This document shows positions 16,171 through 31,156 of a DNA stretch of 64,000 nt, piece after piece; position 1 is the stretch's first letter, and each line of letters starts with the position of its first letter. The notes beneath the pieces were generated by a model. It ran no database searches, had not been told where the DNA came from, and saw nothing but the letters and a program-made list of their open reading frames with translations. The translations under genes were made by a program, and so were the position numbers. The stretch comes from the human T2T-CHM13v2.0 reference genome, Homo sapiens, in assembly GCF_009914755.1 (NCBI RefSeq), contig NC_060927.1; one strand, 5' to 3'.

Positions 16171-17449
16171 ATACCCTCTTCCCTCTCTGACCTCAAACCC
16201 TATCTCCTCCTGTCTTGTTCACTGGCTACAGCCACCATGCTCTCCCTGCCATCTCTTAAACTTGCCAACCTCACTCCCACCTCAGGAGGCCTTTGCAGTT
16301 GCTCATGCCTTCTACCTAAAAGGGAAATCATTGCTTTTTAGAGAAGCCATCCCTGAAAATCTTGTATCAAACAGCATCTTACTAGTCGTCACTCACTCTG
16401 TTCTCCCATTGGTCTTCCTAGCACTTTTCACTAGTGTGTGTGTGTGTGTCTCTTCCCATAATGGTAGGTACTTAGTTTTGTTCACTGCTATATCCCCAAC
16501 ACTTAGTGTTCTGCTTGCTATACACTAGATGCTTAATAAATATTTGAATGATGAAAGGACTGAACAAACATGCCTCAAAATATTACTTAGAATTGTAATT
16601 GTTCACCAAATAGTCATTATCAAGACCAAGAAGAAAGGAAAGGAAAACAGAGTATTTGTACTTCTGTTACATACTCCAGGTATAATCCAGCTGAAAGTAG
16701 GACTATTAAACAGTAACACCCAATTAAGGGTCAATGTTCCTCATTTAAACAATATCCTTAACTAGGGGCTCAGAGAAATAAAAGTAGATTCCTGTATGAT
16801 GAAAGCTCAGAAATCTCAGAGATAAGGGAAGCCTGATTTAGATGCTAAATTCTGTGAATACTGGGTTTATTTCAAAAATATAATTAAGACTTCAAATTTC
16901 TAAAGTTACCATCTTCAAAAATACCATATAAACGTAGATTTCTAGTAACTTATCAGTGACAAAATAAAATCAACAAGTTTAGACCTAACTCCATTCTCTG
17001 AAAACCACTTCAATATACAAGAGAATGAGAAAATGGGTAAAAACATCAGTAGAGGTAGCCTCATCCATGTTCTCCATCTCATATCTTCACATACAATTTA
17101 GTAGGCCAAGATATATTTTGTTACCACTTTTCAAAAATGGGTTCTTCCTCCTCCAAAAAGATGTTTTACCTGTATCTGGAACATGCAATCATGACAAACC
17201 TTCAGTCTACCAGGCCAAAGCTATCAAATCATGCTTCTCTATCTCATTTGGCAGTGCCACAAGGTCCCCATTTCTGCATCAAACCAAAACACTTTCCCCA
17301 GTCCATAGACCCAGAATATGATTTTTGTCTGGAAAGGAAAAAACAGTGCACTGCACTAATGAAAGAAAATCACCAACTTGGCCAGCGGGGGCTTCGTCAT
17401 CATCTCAGTGCCATTCACTCACTGGGGCAGAGACTGATGGTGGCCATGT

Positions 17450-17890
17450 AATATCCACTTGCTACTTCTTCCTCATTTATAGAATTTCAATTTTGGAGGG
17501 ATGACAATGCACCAGTTAAAAAACTACAGATCCCAACTTCCCTTGCGGCTAAGTGTGGCTAAATGACTAAGCTTCATGTTACTCCAAGGAAGACTACTTC
17601 AAGAGAAGAAGCTCAAATTAGAGATAAAACCTTTATGCCTTTTCTCTGTTTCTTCTTCCTGATGTTTGGTCTGGAAATGTAATGGCTGGAGCTGCAGCAG
17701 CCATTTTGGACTACAAGGTGATGTGAAGGATGGAAAACATATACATCCGAGCCGAAAAGACAGAAGGCACCTAGGTCTTTGATGATAGCTCACCATTAGC
17801 TCCAGACTGACTACTTCCATAATTTCTTACATGAGAAAATAATCTCTAAGCCACCAGTCATTTTACTCATAGCACAACCTAATCCTAATT
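17450..17890 (+). mobile_element. Old MLT1 (J/K-like) LTR fragment
   Basis: GGCTGGAGCTGCAGCAGCCATTTTG motif. Confidence 0.55.
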
Positions 17891-19682
17891 GATATACTCA
17901 TTATGCCTACCATACCACTTATTTCACTATATAAGTTTCCTTCACTTGTTACTCTTCCTCTTCCCATATCCTGCTGTTTCTAAAATATTGCCATCCAATA
18001 GAATTTTCAGCAATAATGGAAATAATTCCTATTCCTACTGTCCAGTAGGGTTGTCACTAACTTGTGGTTATTGAGTAGCTGAAATGTGCTGAGTGTGACT
18101 GAAGAACTTGATTTTTCATCTCATTTAATTTAAATGTAAATATCCATATGTGGCTAGTGCTACACTGTTTTCTAGAACCTCTGTAATCCTACCTCTCCAC
18201 CCTGTCCTCTCAATTTTAGCAATCTCATTTACCTGCATGGCTTTACCTATCATCCTAAAGTGTATTTCAAGGCTTGACTTCTTATCGAATTTCCAGGCCT
18301 ATGTTTTCACTTGGCAGTCCAGATAGTAGGCACCTCAACTCACTCTTCCTTTCCCTTTAAAACCTGTTTCTACTGACTCCTTTAATTTCCTAGTTGCCTA
18401 GATTCAAAGTTACCCAGTCATCTTTGACATCTTCCTTATATATACATGATGCCTTATCCTATTGACTGCAAATTCCACATATTCTATAACCCCAACAACT
18501 TTCACATCCATCTTCTCCCTTGTAATCTCAACCCTCTGTTCACCCTCTTATCCCTCTTATGTAAATTAGATTACTATTGTGTTTTAATTTTTCTCTCCTT
18601 GTACTCTTTTGATTTTAATTCATTTCACAAGTTATTACTAGATTAATCTTCCTTAAATACAGTCTGATGTCACTCAGAGTTTCAATAGTCAATCCTGCTG
18701 AATTACCTATTCGAGAACACCTGAGAAATTATTTTCTGCTTTCTGATGAATAAGGTTATGTAACATTTCTGCTGTATGTTCAATTATAGTCACAATATAA
18801 CATTAGTCTTTCGGCCAAGACGTGTTTCCTTTGAATTTCTTTGGTCTTTACTATTTCAAACCTTATTAGAAATATGCTTTGTTTCATTTTACTAATTTTT
18901 TTGAAAACATTAAAAATGAACTTGGTATACACTGCTCTGTCTGAAATTCAATGTCAACCAAAATATGGTTTCAGCCTACTTGATCTTCCACTGCTTTATA
19001 TACACCCTACCCTACACACAGTCTAACTGTATTATTCATTGTTCCCAAATAGAGCCTGTCCTTCTCTGCCTCTATGCATGTTGATCACTACACTTGGAAG
19101 AAAATCCCCAATCCCTTAGTATGTATTTTGACATATTTTATAAATCCCACTCATCCTTCATGCCCTTAAAAAAAAATCTTTTACTGATTTTCATAATTTT
19201 CACTACTAATCTGCTGTGTCATTTCTTTCCTATTTTAATTAAAACTTTTTAAGCGTGAAAGAATATATACACAGATCTTAAATACACATACTCCAATGTG
19301 ATGAAGTTATTGATAGTTTGTCTTCTCCCTATTTTCCAAATTTTCTACAACCCCTGTATTACCTTTATAATTAGAAAGAAAAAATGCTGGAGCAAATGTT
19401 AGCAGGGAACATCAGCAGATTTTTATGGGAAATGGACTTTAAGTCTTAGCTAATAGACTTGAAGGATTCTTGGTCCACTGATAAGACCATTCCCACTGTG
19501 AGGACAGATGGACAAATGCATCAGGATAAACATAATGTTCACCTAACTAATGCTCTTTATTGTAGATTTTTGCTCCTTGAGCAATTTCCTGGTTGTTATT
19601 TGCCTAGAGAGAGGAAATATGATGGACACAAACAGGAACATTCTGTCTCTATGCTATTTCTCACTGAAGTTTATTCATTTAG

Positions 19683-19997
<315 letters not shown>

Positions 19998-22252
19998 TGA
20001 ATTCTCATCTTCTATTTAGCTGCTTCTTAAGGCAAGGCTATATTATTATCCTGTCTCTCCCCTGCAGGGCCCAGCCCAATGACTCAAACACAAAACATGT
20101 TCAGTAAGTACCTGATAAACAGGCATTTCTATAAGTCATCATATAAAGGACCACAGTACTTTGAAGCTGGACAGGGCCTGTATAATCACATATTAATAAA
20201 CATTCTTATTGTACACACAGGAAAAAAACTGTTAATACAAGAAGAGAACAACTGTCTTAAGGTTAGCAGGCCTGTAGCAGAAGTAAATCTAAGGCCCAAG
20301 CCAGTCATCAAAAATTGAAAAATGGCATAGTGTAATATTTTTAAAAAGACAAAAATTACCAAAATACAAAGGGTAGCAAAATATATAAATGACATTTGTG
20401 AAAATTGGTCAAATGGTTAAAAAAGGAAGAGACACATATAGTTAAGCCTTCAGAGGGATTTCTGGTTTCATCTTCCAGTTTCTAGCAAGCAGAGGTCAAT
20501 ACTCTCACCTTTAAAACAATAAAAAGCTCAACTGAAATCAGTGACTTTTCTTGGACCCATTAGAGAACTGAGGTCACAGAGTGAATTATCACCCCAAAGT
20601 CCAAAAAGATACACAAATATAGAGAATCACAGTCAAAATCTGCTTACATGGAAAAGAAGTCACTAGAGCCATAAACTGGTAAGGACATTTAAATAGCAAT
20701 TTTGACAAACTGCTGGAAGCTGAGTATGGACTAGCTTGGGAGTAAGAAATTCAGTCTTGGGAGAGGTCCCCACACTTCTGTGCATTTTGTCTGCAGGAAG
20801 CCCACCAGGTTTTCACAATGAAGAACCAAGAAAAATCCTTTGTGGCTCTAGAAAAGATGGGAAGAGTAAGAATTGTGAGGTATACCCAGAGTGTTCTTCA
20901 CAATTAAGGCCTCTCCAGGGAAAAAGATTTTACCAGAGTCTTCTCTGAACTGGGGGAAGGACATATATTTCCCTGACTCCAGCCCCTTGTAGCCTTCCTG
21001 TCTCACCTATGGGGGTAAAAAGGCTAACAAACACTTGTGAAAGGCACAGGCCCAGAGATATAGGCCCACTAAAATACTGAGATTTAATCAAAAGATTATA
21101 GAACCTTCTCCTTGATACCTTACCATCACACCAATAGGGCTCCAGTATAATAACAATGGATTACAACTAAACGAACACCAAGCAGGATAAATGCAGACTC
21201 TAATGAGGAGTTCTTAGGGAAGCCTAAAGACAATGGGGGAGACGACAAGAACACTGGAGGAATTTGAAGCCTCTGATACCTACGGCTAAAGCAAACAAGA
21301 AAACAACTCTAGTTAGATTAATTCCTAGCTAGATTAGCATAAAACCTTACATGAAAGGCCTGTTTACCTCAGTTCCTATTATCCAGTACATCATGCCCAG
21401 CTTTTACATGTATTTTTTCATTTATTTCTAAAAATTATCATTCTTATTTCTACATGAAGAAACTGAGTCATAGAGATTAAATTACTTGCTCAGTGATGCA
21501 CAGGAAGTAGCAGAGCTGAATTTACACAAAGACAGCTGACTCCAAAACCTACTCTTAATCAATAAATAATGTCTCTCTACTCATAAAAGTGAGTCAATGG
21601 TCTATTCATATGGATTAATTCTGAATATGGTTTCTGTTAGATTCACATTAAAATTCACTAATTTAAATTCACTAATGACGCTATCATATATTCTGTGGGC
21701 TAAAGTTCTACTTTACCTAAAAATATACACATACCAATGATTAAACTGCAAATGCGTATTCAGGTAAAAAAAAAAAGTTTTTAAAAAGAATGTTCAAAAG
21801 ACTTGAATAAACATTTCTCCAAAGAAGATATTCAAATGACCAATAAGCACATGAAAAAAATGCTCAATATCATGAATTAGGAAAATGCAAATCAAAACTA
21901 CAGTGACATACCGCTTCATCCCCATTAGCATGGCTACTATTGAAAAATCAGAAAATAATAAGTGTTGGTAAAAACAGGGGAAATTAGAACACTTGTGCAC
22001 TGTTAGCAGGAATATAAAATGATACAGTCACTGTGGAAAACAGTATGGTGGTTCCTCAAAAAATTAAAAATAGAATTGCCATAAGATCCAGCAGTTTCAC
22101 TTCTGGGTGTATACCAAAAATAATTGAAACCAGGATTTCAGACTAAAGTATTTAAACACCCACGTTCATAGCAACATTATTCACAATAGCCAAAATATTG
22201 AAACAACCCAAGTATCCATGAATAAATGAATAAATGGATATGCAAAATGTGA

Positions 22253-22822
<570 letters not shown>

Positions 22823-22854
22823 GAAGGAAATTCTGCAATATGTTACAACCTAGA

Positions 22855-23213
22855 TGTACCAGTTTGTTCTTATGCTGCTATGATGAAATACCTGCAACTG
22901 GGTAATTTATAAAGAAGAGGTTTAATTGACTCACAGTTCCACATGGCTGGAGAGGCCTCCCAAAACTTATCATGGCAGAAGGCACCTTTTCACAGGGCAG
23001 CAGGAGAGAGAATGAGTGCAAGCAGGGGAAACGCCAGATGCTTATAAAACCATCAGATCTCCTGGGACTCACTCATTATTATGAGAGCAGCATCAGGGAA
23101 ACCACCACCGTGATTCAATTACCTCCAACTGGTCCCACCCTTGACACACGGGGATTATAAGGATTACAATTCAAGGTGAGATTTGGGTGGGGACACAGAG
23201 CCAAACCATATCA
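22855..23213 (-). mobile_element. THE1C/THE1D-like MaLR solo LTR, 359 bp
   Basis: TG...CA termini; minus strand begins TGATATGGTTTGGCTCTGTGTCCCC; 5-bp TSD CTAGA/CTGGA. Confidence 0.9.
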
Positions 23214-23666
23214 CTGGATGAACCCTGAGGTTCATTATGCTAAGTGAAATAAACCAGTCACCAAAAGACAAATACTGTATGATTCCACTTATATAAGATA
23301 GAATAGTCAAAATCACAGCGACAAAGTAGAATAGTCGTTGCTGGAAGCTGGGGAAGGATTATTACTTAATGAGTATAGTTTCAGTTTTACAAGATAAAAA
23401 AAGCTATAGATGGTGGTAATGGCTGAACAACATTATGACTATATTTAATAACACTGAAATGTACACTTAAAAATGGGTAAGATGGTAAATTTTGTTATAT
23501 GTATTTTACCTCAATTAAAAAATTGAAAAAAAAGGTGATATGTGACCATGAGGTATATGCAATAAAATTATACTATTATTGTACTTCTTAAAAACTCAAA
23601 TTGAAATAGGTTAAGTATTTATAATGTATAACACTGTAAAACAATGTATAAGAGCAAAAGGCACTA

Positions 23667-23889
23667 CAACTGTCCCTCGGTATATGCTGGGGATTGGTTC
23701 CAGGACCCCCACCTATACCAGAATCCACACATACTCATGTCTCACAGTCAGCCCTGCAGAACCCATGTATATAAAGAGTTGACCCTCCGTATATGGGTTT
23801 TGCATCCTGTGAATCCACGTTTGGTTTAAAAGAATCCACATATAAGTGGACCCATGCAGTTCAAACCCATGTTCTTCAAGGGTCAGTTG
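23667..23889. mobile_element. MER8/MER2-like Tigger-derived DNA transposon relic
   Basis: TA target duplications; termini CAACTG...CAGTTG; GGGGATTGGTTCCAGGACCCC motif. Confidence 0.75.
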
Positions 23890-23945
23890 TATTTCAGTAT
23901 TTTCTGTTTATTTAGCAATGATTTACATTTAGCAATAAATGATTA

Positions 23946-24125
<180 letters not shown>

Positions 24126-25072
24126 CTAATAGGAAAAAAAAAAACTGAAATTAACTTTTCACCATATGCTACAAAAATAATATATAATAAAAAAACTGTG
24201 GTTTTATGATTTTACAGATAGAAGGGAATGTATGGATTCACTTAAATATAATAATTATACCCATAAACTTCATAACATTAGTATTAGGAGACAGCCACAT
24301 TTGTGTCAGAGCCTAAGATCTATCTATTTTTTTCCTTTTGTATATACTATTAAGGATATATTTAAATAAGGATATGCGGAATTCTTGAATACAAGCATGG
24401 ATCAATACAGAGCTCTGATCTATGCATCTAATGGCCCCTTCCACTTTAAATCCCTGTAATGTACAGCAGTAGCAAAAGAGGTGTGCTCTTAAAGAACCAG
24501 GAATTTTGAGAAGTTCCTGAAAGAGAAAAGGCAAATATGAAAGGACTAAAGGAAGAAACCTCCAGAGAGGATGGTGATGAAAAGTAAAAAAAGTTTCCAA
24601 AATAATCCCAAGGGCAGAGAAGCCATAGGATCTACAGAATAGGAAGTGTCCTCAGGGCAAGCATTAGGAAGAGTGGTTGGACTCTGGAGGAACAGCTAAT
24701 TATCTCGGCTTCTCCCTCCTTGTCACCTCATCAACAAAGAGGTCTGCCTCTGAGCAGTAAGTGTGCATACTTAGAGTCACAAAAGGAAAGGGGAGTAACC
24801 AAGCTCAGAACTGTTGCCACTGGCACATCCCACTGTGCAACATGTACTGCCCTTCTCCACAGCTGTTAGAAGCAAATGCAGTATTCACAGACAAGCTGGC
24901 AGGACCTCTCAAATACATATGGATCTACAACAACTGTGGGGGAGATGCATGAGAATCAGTATCAGAAGAACTAATCCTGTAGCAATGACAGCAAATACAG
25001 AAAAAACTTTAAAAAGTTTCAATAGTACACTATATTCAGAGAAAGACTCAACTATAGATCTTGGACGTAAAA

Positions 25073-25710
25073 ATTTTATTTATTTATTATTATTATTTTT
25101 TTGAGACAGAGTCTCACTGTGTTGCCCAGGCTGGAGTGCAGTGGTGAGATCCTGGCTCGCTGCAACCTCTGCCTCCTGGGTTCAAGTGATTCTCCTCCCT
25201 CAGCTTTCTGAGTAGCTGGGAGCACAGGTGCCACCACCATGCCCAGCTTATTTTTGTATTTTTAGTAGAGATGGGGTTTCACCCTATTGGCCAGGCTGGT
25301 CTCGAACTCCTGACCTTGTGATCCGCCCGCCTCAGCCTCCCAAAGTGCTGGGATTACAGGCATAAGCCACCACGCCTGGCTAGATATAAAAATTTAAACA
25401 TTAAAATAAAGAAGAAGCCAGGCACTTTGGGAGGCCAAGGTGGAAGGATTACTTGAGTAGGGAGTTCTAGGCCAACCTGGGTAATACAGCAAGATCCTAT
25501 CTCTTAAAAAAAAAAAAAAAAATTAAGTAGTCAAGCATAGTGTTGTGTGCCTGCAGTCCCAGCTACTCAGGAGGCTAAGGTGGGTAGATCGTTTGAGCCC
25601 AGGAGGTCAAGGCTACAGTGAGCTGTGACTGCCCTACTGCACCCAGCCTGGGCAATGTAGTCTCAAAAATAAATTAATAAGTAATATAAAATAAATAATA
25701 TAAAATAAAG
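25073..25710. mobile_element. Divergent Alu pair: AluS (-) 25073-25381 and AluJ-like (+) 25416-25710
   Basis: Two Alus head to head, spacer about 35 bp. Confidence 0.9.
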
Positions 25711-27755
25711 AAGAAAGCATAGATGGTGTCAAACGGTAGAATAAACATGGCTAAAGAGTGATCAGTCAATTAATAACCAAAGGCATTTTCTGAGAATGAG
25801 GATAAAAAGAACAAACAGACATTGAGGATAAATCCAAAACTTCTCACATCCAGTTAAGGGAAATTCCAGAAAGACAGTAAAGACAATGGAAGAAGGCAAC
25901 TGCTCAAAAAAAAACAGAAATAAATTTCTCATAGCTGAAGAGCTAGTATGTATGGAAAACAAAACAAAAACAAATGCTAAGCATATAATGATGACATTTT
26001 ACAATAGCAAGGCTAAAAACAAAATCCTAAGAGTCTTCAAGTAAGAAGAAACATTACACGCAAAGAAAAAATTATTTGATGTCAGATATTTCATTGGAAA
26101 CAATGAAGCAATTTTTTTTGAAAATCTGAGGGGAAATGATTAAGAACACAGAATTCATTCCCAGTTAAACTAATCATGTACAGGGGCAAAATAAATATAT
26201 TTTCTGATATGTAACAATACAGAAAGTATATCACTCTCAAATCCTATCTAAAAGAATTATTAGGAAAGTTATTATAGCCAAAAAAATATAGCTTACATAA
26301 ATTTTTAAAAATAAATACATACTTGGGAGTAGGATCTAAATAAAAGCACCAGTACAAGTTTCGATTGGTATAGATAATCACAACTGGAAAGCAAAATCTC
26401 AATTTTTTCATAGGAAAGGTAGCAAGGAAGGGAGCAGAACAGAGGTTCTTGTCTTATGGGAAGATGTTGGTAGAAAAATATAAAATTAAAAACTTACATT
26501 ACAGATTTCAGGTCAATAATTAAAAGACTAAAAAGATTATATTTAACTTCCTAACTCTTAAAGGAATAAACCTATTATAGAAAAAAAACTTCATCTAAAC
26601 AAAACAGGGAGAAAAGAAAAAAAAGCAAGAACATAGACAACACAAAATAAGGTATCAGAAATAAGTTTAAACATCTTAGCAATTAGAATAAATGTGAATG
26701 GGTTAAATGTGCATATTGCAAAGTAGAGACAGGTCGATAACAACAACAAAAAACCATTACCAAATACTTACATGTCAGGCACTGTATTAAGCACTGGAAT
26801 GGGTGCACAAGACAGACATGATCAATTTAAGGTCTATAGGGAAAAGGTATTCAACAAATAATGACAGACCCACCACAGTAACTCAAAAATATTTGTCTGT
26901 GTGTGAATGTGTTAGATACTGGAAAAATAATGGAGACCAAAATAGATATGGACATTACCCTCAAAAAGCAAGTAGTCTATGGATACAAAAACAAGCAAAT
27001 ACTGATAATGTTCATTTACTCAAATTTTATCCTTTATTTGCTAGGTGCTGGGGATATAACGGTTAAAAATTAATCATAGGGATAAATATTATTAAGCAAA
27101 TATATAGCATAAAATGAGACTTTACAACAAGGTCCTTGAACCTGAACTTTTTTGTGGCACAATAGGAAGGATGAGAAGAAGCTAACAAAAAGGGAAGGAA
27201 AAGACCATTCCTGTCAGAAGGAACAGCACAAAGGTAGATGGGGATTGCTTAGCATATTCTGAAGGATCAGAGAGATCAGTGTTTAGTACCCAGAGAACTA
27301 AGGGGAAAGCAGTGGAGAGATAAAGATCTTTCTGGTCGCTTTTCATTGCAATGATAAGCCATTAAAGAGACTTAAGCAAGAAGAGTAAAACGATCTGATG
27401 TGTTTTCAGAATATCACTTTAGCCACTATGCAGAGAAAGCAGGCATCAGAAGACCCCATGGGGGACTACTGCAGAGCTCCAAGAGAGCTGGTGGTTTAAA
27501 TTAGGGTAGTTTTACAACTGTTAGGAAAAAAAAAAAGCAAATGGATATGAAAAGAACTTAGGAAATAAAATCAATAAGTTTTGGTGACTGTACTATGAAG
27601 TCAAGAGTATTTGGAAAAGGAAAAGAACACATTAGAGATGACTCATGTGCTTTTTTTTTTTTTTTTTTGATACGAGCAACTGGGTCAGCACTTGAACCAC
27701 TTGCAGCAGGAGAAAAACCATGAAATGACCAACTAAGTTAAAGACTACCAATAGG

Positions 27756-30410
27756 CTCTCTCTCCGGATAACGAGTGGCTGGATAACATGGAATTGGGCA
27801 AGATGGCACTTCCCAAGAACGCTCCTAGGGATGCCTTGGTGATGGCACAGATCTCGAAGGATATGGGAATCACAGACTACAAACCAAAGGTTATAAATCA
27901 AATTTTGGAATTTGCTTTCCGAAATGTGACTACAATTCTGGATGATGCAAAAATTTATTCGAGCCATGCTAAGAAACCTAATGTTGATGCAGATGATGTG
28001 AGACTGGCAATCCAGTGTCGTGCTGATCTTTTTACCTCTCTTCCCCCAAGAGGTTTCTTACTGGATATTGCAAGGCAGAAAAATCAAACCCCTTTGCCAC
28101 TGATTAAGCCATATGCAGGACCTAGACTCCCACCTGATAGATACTGCTTAACAGCTCCAAACTATAGGCTGAAGTCCTTAATTAAAAAGGGACCTAACCA
28201 AGGGAGGCTAGTTCTACGATTGACTGTTGGTGCTGTTAGTAGCAAACCTACCACTCCTACTATAGTGACCCCACAAACAGTGTCTGTCCCAAATAAAGTT
28301 TCAACTCCAATGTCAGTGACAAGCCAAAGATTTAACAGTGCAGATTCCACCTTCTCGGTCCACACCTGTCAAACCAGTTCCTGCAATAACTGCAGTTCAA
28401 AATGTTCCAACTAATCCCTCAATGATTGGGCCCAAAAATATTCTTATTCCCATCAACATGGTTTCATCATAGAACACAGCCAATGAAGCAAACCCACTGA
28501 AGAGAAAAACATGAAGATGATGATGACAATGATACTATGTAAGGAATTATAGTCTAGTCTAGATGCATTTCAAAAGGAAAGCTGGTTTTGAGCCCAATAT
28601 ACTGAACTAGAATATTCTAGATCTTCTCGTTTTACCTTAAAAGACTTTCATATTAGTTAAAACTGTTAGATCTCTTTAGTAAACACACAAAATGTGCTTT
28701 TCATTAGGCTTCAATTACAAACAGTTAAGTACTTGTTTCTTAATAGTTTCATTAATGTTGAGTCCTTATATGGCAATTCTGTTTTTGAGACACTTTTCTG
28801 CCTTTTATCACTGACAGCAGCACCTAAGTTTTAGGTTCTACAGCCTGGTCAGCAGATTTATCTTTTACAGCATGATTTCTAATCTACATTTAAATACTAC
28901 TTTATTTTATAAGGTAATATAGCCACTTTTGTTGTCACTAGCTTTTTTATTTTTACCAAATCTCTCAATTTAGGAAACATTTTTGGAAAGAGTGGATTTA
29001 GAGGAGAGATTCTAAATCCATTTTGAATGTTTTTGTTTCTTGGCCTTCCTTAATTCCCCAACTGAACTCCCTTTCTAAATCCCATTCATTTTCTGCACCT
29101 ACCCCATAGGTTTGTTTCTCTCCATTGTTCTTAAATGTAAAAGGCCATACCTGGAATTTAAAAAATATCATTCCTGGTAATACAGCTCAGTGTCATTTTC
29201 ATATTTTTAAAACATTCTCTATATGCCTAATGTTTTGTGATTCACTTTAACCTGATGGCTTGCATTTGCTGTTTTTCACTCTATGTCAGAACAGTTGGGT
29301 TTTACTCCTTAGTTTTTATGCCTGTTGAGCTTTCTGTGCTTTTGACAGGTAGTTTTGGGTCAGTTACAGTTTTAGTCTTATATTCCAAGTTGATAACTCT
29401 ACCATATTTCACATTTCTAAATTTAACAGAGATGCTATAGGTTAAAATTTGTTTTGATAAGTAATTACACTGGACCTAGGCAAAACCAATGAAGAACAAG
29501 TGTTTTCTTCCCTTTTACCACATACACGTATGTTTTGATCACTGCTGCTTGAGTCCTCCAATTGGTATAATTCAGATCACATTTTTAGCTAGTTGCTGAG
29601 GATATCACATATAAGATGGGATCAAACCTGAAAGTAAGACACTAATGGTTCTCCATCCTCTAAAAGGCCAACAAAGAAAATAAACTAGTGTGGCGTGATG
29701 TGACTTGCATTTATGTGCACTCTGCATTGGTTTCCCAATAATACTGTAATATTGCTGAACACTTTCCCAGTTTTCCTCTTATACACATCTTAAAGTCATA
29801 TTGGGAAAGATGGAAAGCTTTCGAGAATATAAACAGACCTGTTTTGTTTTTCTTAAGTTCAACATATATTTGCAGACTTTTGTAAAATAAATGTTCATAT
29901 CATAATTTAGAATTTATAGCCAAGGATCCTCAAAACAGAAGTTTCATCTTAGGCTAGTGCTTGATATATCTAAGAAAAAGTCCAGTAACAGAGAAGAAAT
30001 GTCTCAAATGTCTCATCAGTTTTAAAGTTTTTTGATATTAGGGAAAGGTAATAGAAAAACAGGTAAAATGTATAAAAATAGACCTGATCAACTTCATAGG
30101 AGATAAATATTTGTTATATAGCATAGGATATCATTACTTGAATGTTCTCAGGGAGGAAGCAAGTCAAAAGGCCTAGGTTCTAGTCCTAGCTCCATCATTC
30201 ACCAACTGTGTGACCTTACTTCACCTCTTAGCTTTGCTCTCAATAGTAGTAGGAAAATAACACCTACCCTGCCTACCTCACAGGGCTGTTGTAAGGGTTC
30301 GACTGGTATACGTGAAAGTTCTTTCAAAACTGTATAATACTATATGACTGTAAGGAAATATTAATGTATTTGTTCCAAGGCTATTAATAAAAATTTGAGC
30401 TTAAAAGAAA
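27756..30410 (+). pseudogene. Processed pseudogene of TAF9B (TFIID subunit 9B) with full 3'UTR
   Basis: ORF 27788-28414 matches TAF9B ([14 protein letters not shown], histone fold, GPNQGR) until a frameshift near 28334; ancestral stop 28540-28542; AATAAA 30386; short A tail; TSD AAAGACTACC at 27740 and 30411. Confidence 0.93.
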
Positions 30411-31156
30411 AAAGACTACCGAATGGTAAAAACCAACTGAAAAAAGTCAATTAAATTTGGCAACATGGAAATCACTGACCATAGTAAGAATACAGTCTAA
30501 TGATAGCATTAATAAGGAAAACAATTTGCAAGAGACTGAGTCATACAAGTGATGTGCAACAGTGGGCTTGCTAAGCTGTAGCAAAGGAGCTGTACAAGAA
30601 GGTCCACGAGGATGTGGACAGAAAGTATGAGAATTTCTGTTTATATTTTGTCTGACAAGTAAAACAATTAAGTTATAATAATATTTACTATCTGAATTAA
30701 CAGTGCCTCCCTCACAGACTGGAGAAGCTACCCTGAGGTAAGAGAAAAAAATGTCATAAAGTCAAAGGGTTAACAGTGGCACCCGCACTCCTACTTCTGC
30801 AGCTGTCATGTGACAAAGCTGTGCAGTTCAAATGTACTGGGTTAAGTGGAATTACAGATTATATGATTTTAACTAAATTAATCCTCAATCTAGCTTAAAA
30901 AGATTACAAAGAACTCTAGGCCCTAAGGCCAATACTAATAATAAGAGCACACATTAACAAAGAGAAAATGGCAGGGCAAACACATCATCTGCTTTTTTGG
31001 CATAAGCACTTCAACAGCTACATTTTAGTGCAAAAAAGAAAATCACTAACAATCTAATGAGATCTAACAAAGCCCCTTAAATTCAAAATTATCAAGACTA
31101 TTTTAAATATGGATTTGTATACATTCATTAGGTAATATAGTATTAATAAATTTTTT

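Noticed and set aside
22940-22965. Possible PRDM9 hotspot motif in the THE1 LTR
   Set aside because: The sequence is CCTCTCCAGCCAT, which does not match CCNCCNTNNCCNC
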